Shown here: piece by piece, positions 17,548-26,928 of the stretch | Position numbering within the stretch: the first letter of the stretch is position 1 | Layout: each line of letters starts with the position of its first letter | Source: a virus | Direction: 5' to 3' (one strand) | IMG/VR virus record: IMGVR_UViG_3300037245_003639 | Length of the DNA stretch: 64,000 bases | Made by a program: the position numbers and the translations under genes | Notes under the pieces: generated by a model | The model's database searches: none | Told to the model about the DNA's origin: nothing | Seen by the model: only the letters and a program-made list of their open reading frames with translations

Positions 17548-19524
17548 TTGTTATGCATGGATATATTCATGAACGACCTTCTCAAAAGAATTGCAGAAAC
17601 CAAAGAAACTCTCAGCAGAGTCGGCACGAATCTCAAGAAACGTTTTGTCGGTATCGACGAAATGATAGATTCCGTGCTGGATAACCTGGAAGTTTGGCAC
17701 GCAATGCCCGAATTGATAGGTCGGCCTGTGATCATCAATTTATGGGGCATGACAGGTGTTGGTAAAACAGATTTAGTTCGACAATTGGCCAAAGAACTTT
17801 CTATGGTGGACCGGTTTGTCGAGGTCCAGATGGCCAACAAATCTGACAGTTCGTCTACTTCAATTCGGTCGATTCTGGCCCACTCATCTATCGAGCCTGA
17901 TGCCAAAGGCATTCTGTTGCTCGATGAGATCCAGCGTTATCGTACTGTGGATCAAAACGGCGTTGAAATTCATGATCACGACTTCCAAGATGTATGGATG
18001 CTACTCAGTGATGGATGTTTTGCTGGTGATAGTTCCGCCAAATCTGAGATTGTTGACCTGTTGTTCGGAGACCTATACTGGCAACAATACGAAAACCGAC
18101 CAGAGCCAACTACTGCCAAGGCCAAAAAGAAAAAAAAGGAAGAAGCAGCAAAAGCAAAACGCATCAAATACAAGCAATCCATCTGGGCTGCTCGTCATCT
18201 CAAACGAACGCTACGTTTAACTCAAAGCGTCGAAGAGATTATGATGTGGGACGAGGAACAGAAATACCATATGCTCACTGATGCTTTGAACAATCAGGAC
18301 ACATTCGAGGGTGACTCCTATCAACAATTGCTCATCTTCATCTCAGGCAACATTGATGAAGCTTATAGCATGGCGTCCAATACCGATGATGCGGATATGG
18401 ATGCTGATATCTTCTATGAATTCTCCAAGAGAATCAACTTCGTCTCCATTAAACGAGCCCTGTGTCGGCGATTCAAACCCGAACAAATAGCTCGTCTCGG
18501 CAATACCCATGTTATCTATCCGTCGCTGTCCAAAGCATCCTACCAGGAAATCGTCAATCGTAAAGTTGATGAAATCACACAGAAGATGCAAGAACATGGG
18601 ATGAGAATTACAGTGGATCAGTCTGTCAAAGACTGCATCTACCGCAACGGTGTTTTCCCGGCTCAGGGCGTCCGACCAGTGCTCTCCACGGTCAATGCTA
18701 TGCTTGGAAACGCTGTGCCTGGATTCTTCATGAAAGCCGTAGAACATGGAGTAAGTGAATTCCTTATTACCTGTGATGATGAATCTCAGGAACTTGTTGT
18801 CGCTATTGGTGAGCACGAATTTCGCCGGACAATAGAAGGCGGTATCGACAAAATCAAGAAAGAGCACGATATTCAACAAGTCCAACTTACGGCAGTCCAT
18901 GAAGCCGGGCATGCCGTGGTCTATGCCGTTCTTACTAATTTGACCCCGCTGCAAATCATTGCAAATACCTCAATGGAGAACAAAGAAGGATGGGTAGGTA
19001 TACATCATTCATCATTCTCCAAGGACAGTATCCTGCAACGTGTTTGCACCAACTTGGCAGGCATGGTCGCAGAGGATTGGGTATTTGGAGACCCAGATCG
19101 AACAGCCGGATGTTCTGGTGACGTTTATTACGCAACCAACTTGATTGGGTCGCTCATTCGTCAGTGGGCTATGAATGGCAGAGTTAGCTATAGCTCCAAT
19201 AGACATCAGGACTGCAACCCGGTCAACTTCGATATAGAAAGCACAAACGCAGAAATAGAACGGATAATGTCTGAGCAAAAAGAGCGAGCGAAAGATTTGC
19301 TCGAACGTCATCGCCCATTATTCGAAGCGACAGTTGTGGCACTCAATGATGGAACACAAGGCAAGCTCGTGGGAGTTATTTCGTCTGTGGAATTCCAAGC
19401 AATAGCAGCACGGTTTGGCACGGAATTGGAAATCCAGAGTGCCAAGGAAACCCCCTATGCCGACTATATGGGAATGTTCAAACAGTTTACTAAAAGCGTT
19501 GCCGCCGAGGAAGTCGCAACATGA
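17548..19524 (+). CDS. FtsH-like ATP-dependent metalloprotease: divergent P-loop ATPase domain plus peptidase M41 domain, no TM anchor
   Basis: Walker A GMTGVGKT, Walker B ILLLDEIQ; C-terminal HEAGHAVV ... GMVAEDWVFG ... YYATNLIGSLIRQWAMNG matches the FtsH M41 zinc site and C-terminal helix by eye. Confidence 0.7.
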   Translation: MLCMDIFMNDLLKRIAETKETLSRVGTNLKKRFVGIDEMIDSVLDNLEVWHAMPELIGRPVIINLWGMTGVGKTDLVRQLAKELSMVDRFVEVQMANKSDSSSTSIRSILAHSSIEPDAKGILLLDEIQRYRTVDQNGVEIHDHDFQDVWMLLSDGCFAGDSSAKSEIVDLLFGDLYWQQYENRPEPTTAKAKKKKKEEAAKAKRIKYKQSIWAARHLKRTLRLTQSVEEIMMWDEEQKYHMLTDALNNQDTFEGDSYQQLLIFISGNIDEAYSMASNTDDADMDADIFYEFSKRINFVSIKRALCRRFKPEQIARLGNTHVIYPSLSKASYQEIVNRKVDEITQKMQEHGMRITVDQSVKDCIYRNGVFPAQGVRPVLSTVNAMLGNAVPGFFMKAVEHGVSEFLITCDDESQELVVAIGEHEFRRTIEGGIDKIKKEHDIQQVQLTAVHEAGHAVVYAVLTNLTPLQIIANTSMENKEGWVGIHHSSFSKDSILQRVCTNLAGMVAEDWVFGDPDRTAGCSGDVYYATNLIGSLIRQWAMNGRVSYSSNRHQDCNPVNFDIESTNAEIERIMSEQKERAKDLLERHRPLFEATVVALNDGTQGKLVGVISSVEFQAIAARFGTELEIQSAKETPYADYMGMFKQFTKSVAAEEVAT

Positions 19525-19952
19525 GCGGTGACCTCGTATTTCGTTTTCTGCTCGGCCATCTGATTGGTGACTATCTGCTCCAAACCAACTGGATGGCTCT
19601 TAAAAAGAAATCCCAGACGATTCCCTGCCTCGTGCATTGCAGCGTTTGGACTGCCTGCGTATGCGCATGCCTACTGCCGGAACTTATTCAGCTTTCTATC
19701 CCGCGAATTTTCCTGGTCACAGTTCTGATATTTCTGTCGCACTTTTGGCTGGACCGTTTTGACCTGATTGAATGGTGGTTTCGTAAAATCGGCTCCCGTA
19801 GCTGGCGAGAGATGACACGAATCTATGACTACGGGAAACCGTCTCTTGAAAAGCAGGCCATGACCGCTTATACTGCCCTCGTCCAAACAGTGGCAGATAA
19901 TACGCTGCATCTGGCTTTTGTCTACTTGATTATTCGTTTCTTGGTGCCGTGA
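19521..19952 (+). CDS. membrane protein, 143 aa
   Basis: ATGA overlap with the FtsH-like gene; several hydrophobic segments. Confidence 0.45.
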   Translation: MSGDLVFRFLLGHLIGDYLLQTNWMALKKKSQTIPCLVHCSVWTACVCACLLPELIQLSIPRIFLVTVLIFLSHFWLDRFDLIEWWFRKIGSRSWREMTRIYDYGKPSLEKQAMTAYTALVQTVADNTLHLAFVYLIIRFLVP

Positions 19953-20278
19953 TGCTCGCTGTGGCTTTCACTCTAACAACCAAACATCTCGGAATCGCCA
20001 TTGCATCCATCTGCATAATCGTCCTAGTTTACTTGGTCCGAGAGGATATACAAGAACTCCTCGGCGATATCGCAGATGGCATTTGCGATGCTAAAAATGC
20101 TGTATGCGAAAACGTCAGGGAACGCATAGGAAGTATGGGTATTGTCTGTCTGCTGGCAGCAACAGGTTTTGGAATAGCCCTAATCTGCGGAACATCGTTG
20201 GCCTCCGCAGGTATAGTGACAGGGATAATACTCCTAATCATTCTCTTCTGCATGGCAGTAGACTGCGGGAAGTTCTAG
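19949..20278 (+). CDS. membrane protein, 109 aa
   Basis: Overlapping start; hydrophobic. Confidence 0.45.
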   Translation: MMLAVAFTLTTKHLGIAIASICIIVLVYLVREDIQELLGDIADGICDAKNAVCENVRERIGSMGIVCLLAATGFGIALICGTSLASAGIVTGIILLIILFCMAVDCGKF

Positions 20279-20430
20279 GGATATGAAAATCTGTAGATTT
20301 TGGCTTGACAAGAGTAGCAGTGTGATGTACGCTAAGATTACACGACGGGCAGACAGAATTTGAACTTCCACAATTGAAAATAAAGCCTGTCTCCCGTCGT
20401 ATTTTTGAATCCTCATTTGGGAGAAACACG

Positions 20431-20955
20431 ATGAAGAAGGTTTGCACTTTGGGACTCACAGTTTTGCTGGGTATGTGTAGCATCGGTTGTCAGTTCGGGG
20501 GCAGTCGTGACTCAGGCCAGGATCTCGATATCCGAGACTATGCCGACGACATCCAACGTTTCACCGAATTGGCTGCAAGCGTGGCTTTCCTGCGGGATGA
20601 TATCAAGGAATACAAAGAGCCAGTTTGTTCTGCTGTCTCAGAAGTTGTGAAAGTGCTCGAAAACATCCACGAGCCCGAAGCAACTTTCGCTCTCATACGT
20701 GAAGCCGCTCTCAACGCCATCCAAAACTTCGAACATCCCGATTTCATACCTCCTATCAAACATGTTACCACATTGGTAGTCGATCAAATTCTCAATGCGG
20801 TTTATAACCGAGTGGAAGGCAGATTCGGTAACCTGCTTGAGCGAGCAGACGCTGTTATCGTACTCAGCAATGCGGTTGCAACTGGTCTCAATAACGCCTG
20901 TATTAGCGCCATGAGTATTTCGACTTTCAGCGTAGAAGAACCCGCTAACAGATGA
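20431..20955 (+). CDS. putative lipoprotein
   Basis: Start MKKVCTLGLTVLLGMCSIGC (signal peptide plus lipobox-like SIGC) with SD GGGAGA. Confidence 0.55.
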   Translation: MKKVCTLGLTVLLGMCSIGCQFGGSRDSGQDLDIRDYADDIQRFTELAASVAFLRDDIKEYKEPVCSAVSEVVKVLENIHEPEATFALIREAALNAIQNFEHPDFIPPIKHVTTLVVDQILNAVYNRVEGRFGNLLERADAVIVLSNAVATGLNNACISAMSISTFSVEEPANR

Positions 20956-20972
20956 ACCCTGGAGACAAATTA

Positions 20973-21527
20973 ATGAAAGCATTTTTGTTTGTGATTGCAC
21001 TGGCAGTTGCCGCACAGGCAACAGACGTAGATCTCGAATGGAGGTTGATGGCCAACACGGCAATCCACCCTGGGGACAACGTTCAAGTGGGACTCTACGC
21101 GGTGGCTAGGGAGCCGGTCAGGATCGGCACGATGGATGTTATTGTGTTCTGGAACGCCGACGTTCTGGCACTGACGGGCGTCGATGACCAGGGACCATAT
21201 GATTGGTATTACTCAGGGTTCCGAGACGACCATTTGGCGGACGGTTTGAACGACACATGGAAAGACGGGAATGGCTATTATAAAGCTTGGGGTAGGATCG
21301 GTGGTTTACCCCGTGCCGTGCCCAAAGGTTTTTTGATCACGGTGGTTGAATTGACCGCGTTGACGCCCGGCGAGTGCCGGATCGAGATCGTCGCGGAGTA
21401 CGGCGAGGGCAGCGAGACTGCCGTGTGGGGCGGCGAGATTCCGGGAATCAATATCGTCGGCGTGATGGGCGATATTATCGTGACTGTCGAACCAAGTAAG
21501 CCAGTGAAAGAGTCCGTAACTACCTAA
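20973..21527 (+). CDS. secreted protein (signal peptide MKAFLFVIALAVAAQA)
   Basis: ORF; N-terminal signal. Confidence 0.5.
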   Translation: MKAFLFVIALAVAAQATDVDLEWRLMANTAIHPGDNVQVGLYAVAREPVRIGTMDVIVFWNADVLALTGVDDQGPYDWYYSGFRDDHLADGLNDTWKDGNGYYKAWGRIGGLPRAVPKGFLITVVELTALTPGECRIEIVAEYGEGSETAVWGGEIPGINIVGVMGDIIVTVEPSKPVKESVTT

Positions 21528-21552
21528 GACCATTTTGCAAGGAGATTTTCAA

Positions 21553-21657
21553 TGGAATTGGTGCTTTTCTTTCTCATAGCCATGCTAACGGGTACGCTAG
21601 GAGTCTTCGGGACTTTCCTTAGCGATATCATCAGCACCATCGGCGGGTTATTCTAAA
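21553..21657 (+). CDS. 34-aa hydrophobic peptide
   Basis: Strong SD AGGAGA 8 nt upstream; followed by a terminator. Confidence 0.35.
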
Positions 21658-21674
21658 CTTCAACATCGGCGAAT

Positions 21675-21712
21675 GAGAGACCCTGTGACTCAATACAGGG
21701 TCTCTCGTATTT
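21675..21712 (+). terminator. terminator hairpin gagagaccctg-N10-cagggtctctc with a weak T-tract
   Basis: 11-bp perfect stem. Confidence 0.5.
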
Positions 21713-21826
21713 AATCGCTTCTATCAACTCGTTTCCTAACACGGTTTACATTTTTTCTCCAGGCACTTCGTTATAAACTACTCACACCCACAAGGGTAGG
21801 AACCCAAATTTTTTCTTGACAATTCC

Positions 21827-21855
21827 TTGACAAAAGATACATAGGTCGGTAATAT
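21827..21855 (+). promoter_or_regulatory. sigma70-type promoter TTGACA-N17-TAATAT plus direct repeats gatacaact x2 (21881, 21903) before the RHH gene
   Basis: Read directly; possible auto-operator. Confidence 0.45.
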
Positions 21856-21911
21856 CTCGTTATCATCTGTATGGTCAGATGATACAACTTGTTGTCTTTG
21901 GAGATACAACT

Positions 21912-22178
21912 ATGCCACGGTCTAAGCAGTACGATCTGAAAAAGCGACCCGACATCGTGTCTGTACACCTCTCACCCGAAGCCAAGAAGCAACTCGATGG
22001 CGTCTGTAACCTGCGCGGCATGACCATCAAGATGCTGTTGGGACGCCTGATCGAATGGTTCGTGGATATGGACAAGACCGAACAGTCGGTCATCCTGGGC
22101 CTCGTCGAAGCCCAAGACGTGGAGGCGATTCTCGCCAAACACGCCCAATCCAAGAGTCGAGCCAAAACTCAGAAGTAA
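21912..22178 (+). CDS. small DNA-binding protein, possibly ribbon-helix-helix
   Basis: 88 aa; start MPRSKQYDL with SD GGAGA; N-terminal pattern fits a beta-strand then helix. Confidence 0.4.
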   Translation: MPRSKQYDLKKRPDIVSVHLSPEAKKQLDGVCNLRGMTIKMLLGRLIEWFVDMDKTEQSVILGLVEAQDVEAILAKHAQSKSRAKTQK

Positions 22179-22297
22179 CACAGCACTGGGATAGGGGCGA
22201 CAATAAGTCGCCCCACTCATTTTAATGTCTTGACAACCCAGACCATTTCCCTTACGCTGCGGCAGTGTTTACGAGTCCTTCAACGGAGAATAGACGA

Positions 22298-23551
22298 ATG
22301 GCCAAGGCAAAAACATCGCGGAAGGGAAAGACCCAGAAGCCTTCCAAACCAGAAGAACCCAAACTTGTTATCCCCAGACACTCTTGGATTACCCAGTCAC
22401 TCATAGGGGCTACAGAACTCACTGACGATAATATAGAGTCCCTCGACGCCGTAGTGAACGGTTGTGAGAAGTGTAAGAAGCCGAATCAGCGCTCCCCATT
22501 CAATACTGCCCAGGAATATGTCCAAACCGGCAAATGCAATATTCAATGCACGACCAGCGCCGGCGTTTTTGGAATCATAATTGACAAGGACGAGGCTCCG
22601 TTGGCCATTGCTCCGGATGGAAAACTCTTTTGGGCCAATTACGGCTGCCGTCAGCAGGCATTCAAGGAAAAACTGCTCAAAGATTACCGCATCTCGCCGC
22701 CGTGCGCTGCCGCAGTTATGTTCAATGGTGGTCTCACCATCATCCAGAACGGTGATGACGTAGATGATACGGACGGTATCAATGGCCTGGAAGCCCTGCC
22801 CACCATTAGTTTCCGTTGTCTTGCCCGCTTTTTTACGAAAAATCAATCCACAGCAACCGACTTCTCCCTCTCCAAGACCGGCTTCCAACTTTTGAACAAA
22901 GGAACTATCCTCGACTTCTCACCCGACGAAATTCGCAAACTCACAGCCAATCAACAGGAACGTTTCAAAAAGGCCAAAAGCAGCAACAACTCAATCTCCA
23001 AGAGAGCCAATGCCGCAAAACTCTTTCCGCCTGAGCCAGGGTTCGTATTGACCCGTAAAGACGGCTACGTCTGGCATCGCTCAGGTAGCTTCCTGTTTGC
23101 CTATAAAGGTATTCATGTCCTCATGGGCGTCGATGAGACGACCTATTTCGGCTGTGAACTGGCTGACCCAGCCAAGACGCTCAAAGCGGCTTATGAAAGC
23201 CTCATCCCACAGTCCATCCGCAAACTCAACTGCCCCCGTCAAGGCGAATGGTTTGCCGTAGCCACGGATAAGAAATATGACCGTCACAGTCCCGAAGTAC
23301 TAGCCTTCTTCGACGAAGAGTGCGGATGCAATTGCGACGAAACCTGGCCTGCCCTGCCCATCGACCACCCCGATGCAGCTTATCATCGAGTTCGCGGCGA
23401 TCTGGTGGTAATCACCAAAGAAGGTCTCATCGCCAAAAATCCCACGCTCATGCATAGCACCGAAGACCATACAGAACTGGAGTTGACAGGATGGTATCGC
23501 TTCGTCCGTAATACCGCCAAACGCTCTTTCTCCGAAGAAGGCGTCGATTGA
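22298..23551 (+). CDS. hypothetical protein, about 417 aa (basic N-terminus, Cys clusters)
   Basis: Start MAKAKTSRKG with SD GGAGAA. Confidence 0.5.
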   Translation: MAKAKTSRKGKTQKPSKPEEPKLVIPRHSWITQSLIGATELTDDNIESLDAVVNGCEKCKKPNQRSPFNTAQEYVQTGKCNIQCTTSAGVFGIIIDKDEAPLAIAPDGKLFWANYGCRQQAFKEKLLKDYRISPPCAAAVMFNGGLTIIQNGDDVDDTDGINGLEALPTISFRCLARFFTKNQSTATDFSLSKTGFQLLNKGTILDFSPDEIRKLTANQQERFKKAKSSNNSISKRANAAKLFPPEPGFVLTRKDGYVWHRSGSFLFAYKGIHVLMGVDETTYFGCELADPAKTLKAAYESLIPQSIRKLNCPRQGEWFAVATDKKYDRHSPEVLAFFDEECGCNCDETWPALPIDHPDAAYHRVRGDLVVITKEGLIAKNPTLMHSTEDHTELELTGWYRFVRNTAKRSFSEEGVD

Positions 23552-23829
23552 TGGCTATAGTAGAACAACATCACAAGAAGATGGATTGGCTGCTCGCGTT
23601 GGCTCTGGAACTGCCCGAGGCCGTCTACGAAGATTTAAAACAACTAGTAGAACAAGAACGGGCTCAACTAGCAACTTGTCGCAAGTTGTTGCGGGATGTT
23701 CTGCCCGAACATGTAACCACTGAGTCCCTGGACGACAGAGACGACGATGACAAAACCGGACGACGACCTTGTTCTACTAAGCTAATCACAATCGCTCAGG
23801 CCAGAGAGATACTGGCTGTCCTAGAGTAA
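23548..23829 (+). CDS. hypothetical acidic protein, 93 aa
   Basis: ATGA overlap. Confidence 0.4.
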   Translation: MMAIVEQHHKKMDWLLALALELPEAVYEDLKQLVEQERAQLATCRKLLRDVLPEHVTTESLDDRDDDDKTGRRPCSTKLITIAQAREILAVLE

Positions 23830-23832
23830 GAC

Positions 23833-24351
23833 ATGGACCTACAAACCTGCTCCAATTGCGGCAGAGAGTTCGACTTTGCCGAAGAAGGTTTTACCAACGA
23901 CGAGTGCTTTGTCTGTAACCCCGAATGCGGCAAGAAACTGGCTATCAAACTTGGATGGCATAGGGATGTTGCCAACTGGTCCTCCAAAAATCCGAGTGGC
24001 GGAACGCTCGACATCGAGATGCGCTGGACAATTAAAGCTGCTTACGATCACGCTGATCGCATTCGAAAACAAGCGCCACCTCACAAGCAAAATGTCATCG
24101 TAGAAACTGACGTGGCTAACGTACCCAAAAATTCGCGGAAGAAAGAGTCATCCATCAATCGGGCACTTCATTACGCATCAATCCGTCGCGGACAGGGTTG
24201 GACCTGGAAACAATTGCCCCGAAATACTCGTTGGCGTATCAAGTGGTGGCATTTCTGGTGCCTGAAACCATGGGGCTGGGTAGCTCTATGTTGGAGACAA
24301 AAGCGTATTCGTAAACTGGAACGACAACTCTTTGGAACAGAAATAAACTAA
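23833..24351 (+). CDS. hypothetical protein, 172 aa, N-terminal CxxC x2
   Basis: ORF. Confidence 0.45.
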   Translation: MDLQTCSNCGREFDFAEEGFTNDECFVCNPECGKKLAIKLGWHRDVANWSSKNPSGGTLDIEMRWTIKAAYDHADRIRKQAPPHKQNVIVETDVANVPKNSRKKESSINRALHYASIRRGQGWTWKQLPRNTRWRIKWWHFWCLKPWGWVALCWRQKRIRKLERQLFGTEIN

Positions 24352-24608
24352 TGCTCGTTGCCACTGAGGCTCTAACGTGAGACCCTTAGCCCACTGGGGA
24401 GCTTTAGCTCTCCTGGCTATCATCCTGATTGTTCTAACTCTCTGGGTTGCTGATTACGTAGAGCGGCTCTTTCCGTCTGAGGAGACACCCACAGTTCTGA
24501 TAAGTTACTTCTTGGCTTTCATCGGACTCTATGTCAGTATCACTGTTGTTGCTCTACTAACAGCACTAATCGTGGGATTCACCTATAACGTGAAACAACG
24601 GTCTAAAC

Positions 24609-25541
24609 ATGATAACTCGAAGAGAATTCCTTAAAACGTCCTCCACCGCCTTAGCGGCTCTCTCCCTGCCTTCTGTGGCGCTTGCCACCCAAACGCTCAG
24701 AAAACCCAATACAGGGCTTCTACGGCCCCCTGAGCAGCCTCTGAACATGGAGACCCTGGAAGACTGGCTCAACCAACTATCCATCTCACGTAAGGTACTG
24801 CTTTGCGACGATATCTCCAAAGTCGGTTGTATCCCCAGATATGAATTAGACATGCCAGTCCGCCGCAACCTTCGTAGAAACGCTCGTATCCTGGCTTGTT
24901 CCATAGATGGAGAGCAATTGCTGTGTCATCACGCACCACCGTACATGCGAGTACCCATCAATTTTCTATCTATTCCCGCGAAAATTGACCACAAGCCTCC
25001 AGACCAATGCAGCGAGTTCTATTTAGCATCATTGCTGGCTGATGAAGAAAACAAACGTCTTGTTTGGATGTGCAAACACGGAGCCAAACGAGAACGTATC
25101 AGATGCCCACTCAGCCCCGCTGTCCTCAATACCACCTTTAAAATGATCGAACAATATGATTGCATAGTCGAACACGTTGTCATCTCACCCACTGCTATTG
25201 AAACCCTCAGAGATTTTGGCGATGACTTCTTCGGTGAACCTCGTCAAGAGCAGCTCAAATACGGCACTCCCGCCTCGATGCAGGCGGTGCAGAAGAGGTA
25301 CGTGCTCCCAGATTGGCATCTCACCAAAGGCCATATATGGTGCGCTGATGTCATGCAAACTGCTTGGCTCAAACCAAACCAATTCATGGTCTTTGCTCGG
25401 CGTGATACCGTAGGACCACTCGTGCAAGAAAAAGCCCCTTACATCTACAGCGGTTTCGACCCAAAAGGAAACATCTGTGTCCATGTCGGGCATGCGCTAA
25501 TCAACCCACATCTGTGCATCTTTGCAGAGATAATGCTGTGA
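24609..25541 (+). CDS. exported protein with Tat signal peptide
   Basis: MITRREFLKTSSTALAALSLPSVALA. Confidence 0.55.
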   Translation: MITRREFLKTSSTALAALSLPSVALATQTLRKPNTGLLRPPEQPLNMETLEDWLNQLSISRKVLLCDDISKVGCIPRYELDMPVRRNLRRNARILACSIDGEQLLCHHAPPYMRVPINFLSIPAKIDHKPPDQCSEFYLASLLADEENKRLVWMCKHGAKRERIRCPLSPAVLNTTFKMIEQYDCIVEHVVISPTAIETLRDFGDDFFGEPRQEQLKYGTPASMQAVQKRYVLPDWHLTKGHIWCADVMQTAWLKPNQFMVFARRDTVGPLVQEKAPYIYSGFDPKGNICVHVGHALINPHLCIFAEIML

Positions 25542-25867
25542 TGACTCTACTAACCGCTCTTATCATTCAAAACCGCGAAATTCGCTGCGAAGCAGGTGGC
25601 CCCTGTACCCAAGGTGAACCCCACGAAATCGGCAAATGGGTCGGTTGGATCATGATCGATGAAGAGCGCTGGTCTCCGTTGCTCAATACCCCGCCCATCT
25701 ATGACTCAGAACAACAGGCCACACAAGAAATGGAAGCACTCGTTGCCAAGATTCGAGAAACAGACTTTGGTGACGATGTAGAACGATTACGTAACATCAT
25801 TGGGGAAGCGGCCCCGATAATCAACAAAATCATCCAAGGTGCAAACACATCAGGAGCGTCATCATGA
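25541..25867 (+). CDS. hypothetical protein, 108 aa
   Basis: TGATG overlap with the upstream stop; ATGA overlap with the ACP gene. Confidence 0.4.
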   Translation: MTLLTALIIQNREIRCEAGGPCTQGEPHEIGKWVGWIMIDEERWSPLLNTPPIYDSEQQATQEMEALVAKIRETDFGDDVERLRNIIGEAAPIINKIIQGANTSGASS

Positions 25868-26103
25868 CCATTGAAGAAATAGAAGAAAAAGTAATCCAAA
25901 TCGTTAGTGATATTGTAGGAGTTCCTCCTGACTCTCTCAACCGAGAAACATCGTTCAACGATTTGAATGCTGATTCGTTGGACACTGTGGAAGTTGTTAT
26001 GGAGTTTGAAGAAATCTTTATGATAGAAATCACTGACGATGATGCTGACAAACTCCTCACCCTCGGGCAATGTATCGACCATATCAAAGAATTGGTGAAA
26101 TAA
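25864..26103 (+). CDS. acpP: acyl carrier protein
   Basis: 79 aa; DLNADSLDTVEVVMEFEEIF, the canonical DSL phosphopantetheine site and helix II. Confidence 0.8.
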   Translation: MTIEEIEEKVIQIVSDIVGVPPDSLNRETSFNDLNADSLDTVEVVMEFEEIFMIEITDDDADKLLTLGQCIDHIKELVK

Positions 26104-26645
26104 TGACTGATTTTCACATGTTTTGGGGTGGCCCTTTTTCTCAATGGTATCCTTCAACATTTGAAGTAGAGGGAGTCAAATACAACTGCACAGAACAGTA
26201 CATGATGGCCAAAAAAGCACAACTCTTTGGAGATGAAGAAGCCATATCAAGAATCATGGCATCAAATAACCCCAAAGAACAAAAGCGTATCGGACGAACT
26301 GTAAAAGATTTTGTGGCAGAACGCTGGAATGCCATTTCCCGAGATGTGGTCTTCAGAGGCAATATGGCGAAATTCACTCAAGACCCAGCCCTTCAGAGAT
26401 TCATATTGGCGACTGGTGACCAGGAAATCGTTGAAGCCAGTCCCGAGGATACCATCTGGGGAATCGGTCTAGCTGCTGAAGACCCTCTGGCTCAGGATAG
26501 GGCCACATGGAAAGGTACTAACTGGCTTGGTGAAGTTATAATGAGCGTCAGGAGCACAATACGCTCTTTCCCAGAGCCGGAACCCGAGTGTCAGGTGGAA
26601 TTGATCAAACCAGTGGCTGAACGTGAAGTCGTACTGGACCCATGA
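26103..26645 (+). CDS. NADAR / YbiA-like (DUF1768) N-glycosidase-family protein
   Basis: TAATG overlap with acpP; motifs FSQWYPSTF, YMMAKKAQLFGD, AKFTQDPALQRFILATGDQEIVEASPEDTIWGIG parallel E. coli YbiA blocks. Confidence 0.7.
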   Translation: MTDFHMFWGGPFSQWYPSTFEVEGVKYNCTEQYMMAKKAQLFGDEEAISRIMASNNPKEQKRIGRTVKDFVAERWNAISRDVVFRGNMAKFTQDPALQRFILATGDQEIVEASPEDTIWGIGLAAEDPLAQDRATWKGTNWLGEVIMSVRSTIRSFPEPEPECQVELIKPVAEREVVLDP

Positions 26646-26672
26646 TTAAATCTTTTCCCGCGAATTTTTACC

Positions 26673-26701
26673 TTGACATACACCCTTACATGGGGTATAG
26701 T
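26673..26701 (+). promoter_or_regulatory. sigma70-type promoter TTGACA-N17-TATAGT with a TTTTCCCGCGAATTTTT box just upstream; no convincing ORF before the hairpin at 26808-26836
   Basis: Read directly. Confidence 0.4.
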
Positions 26702-26878
26702 GACTCTTGGTCATGAGTGACTTGGGGCCTAATCAACTCCAAACCGCGTGACACGCTTGCTAGTCACTTATGAACCTGGTGGATGCGGGTCATACCGCCC
26801 CTTGGTTCTGGCATTTCAAGCCAGGGCCATTTTTTTATGTCAGTTTGAGGCAATTGTCCAAGTTTCTTGGAAAATGCC

Positions 26879-26906
26879 TTGACAATAGCCAGGATTCCTG
26901 TATACT
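26879..26906 (+). promoter_or_regulatory. sigma70-type promoter TTGACA-N16-TATACT with the conserved leader TATACTCTCCTTAGACAAGGAG
   Basis: Same -10/leader cassette as the minus-strand early promoters. Confidence 0.5.
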
Positions 26907-26928
26907 CTCCTTAGACAAGGAGCGTAAA

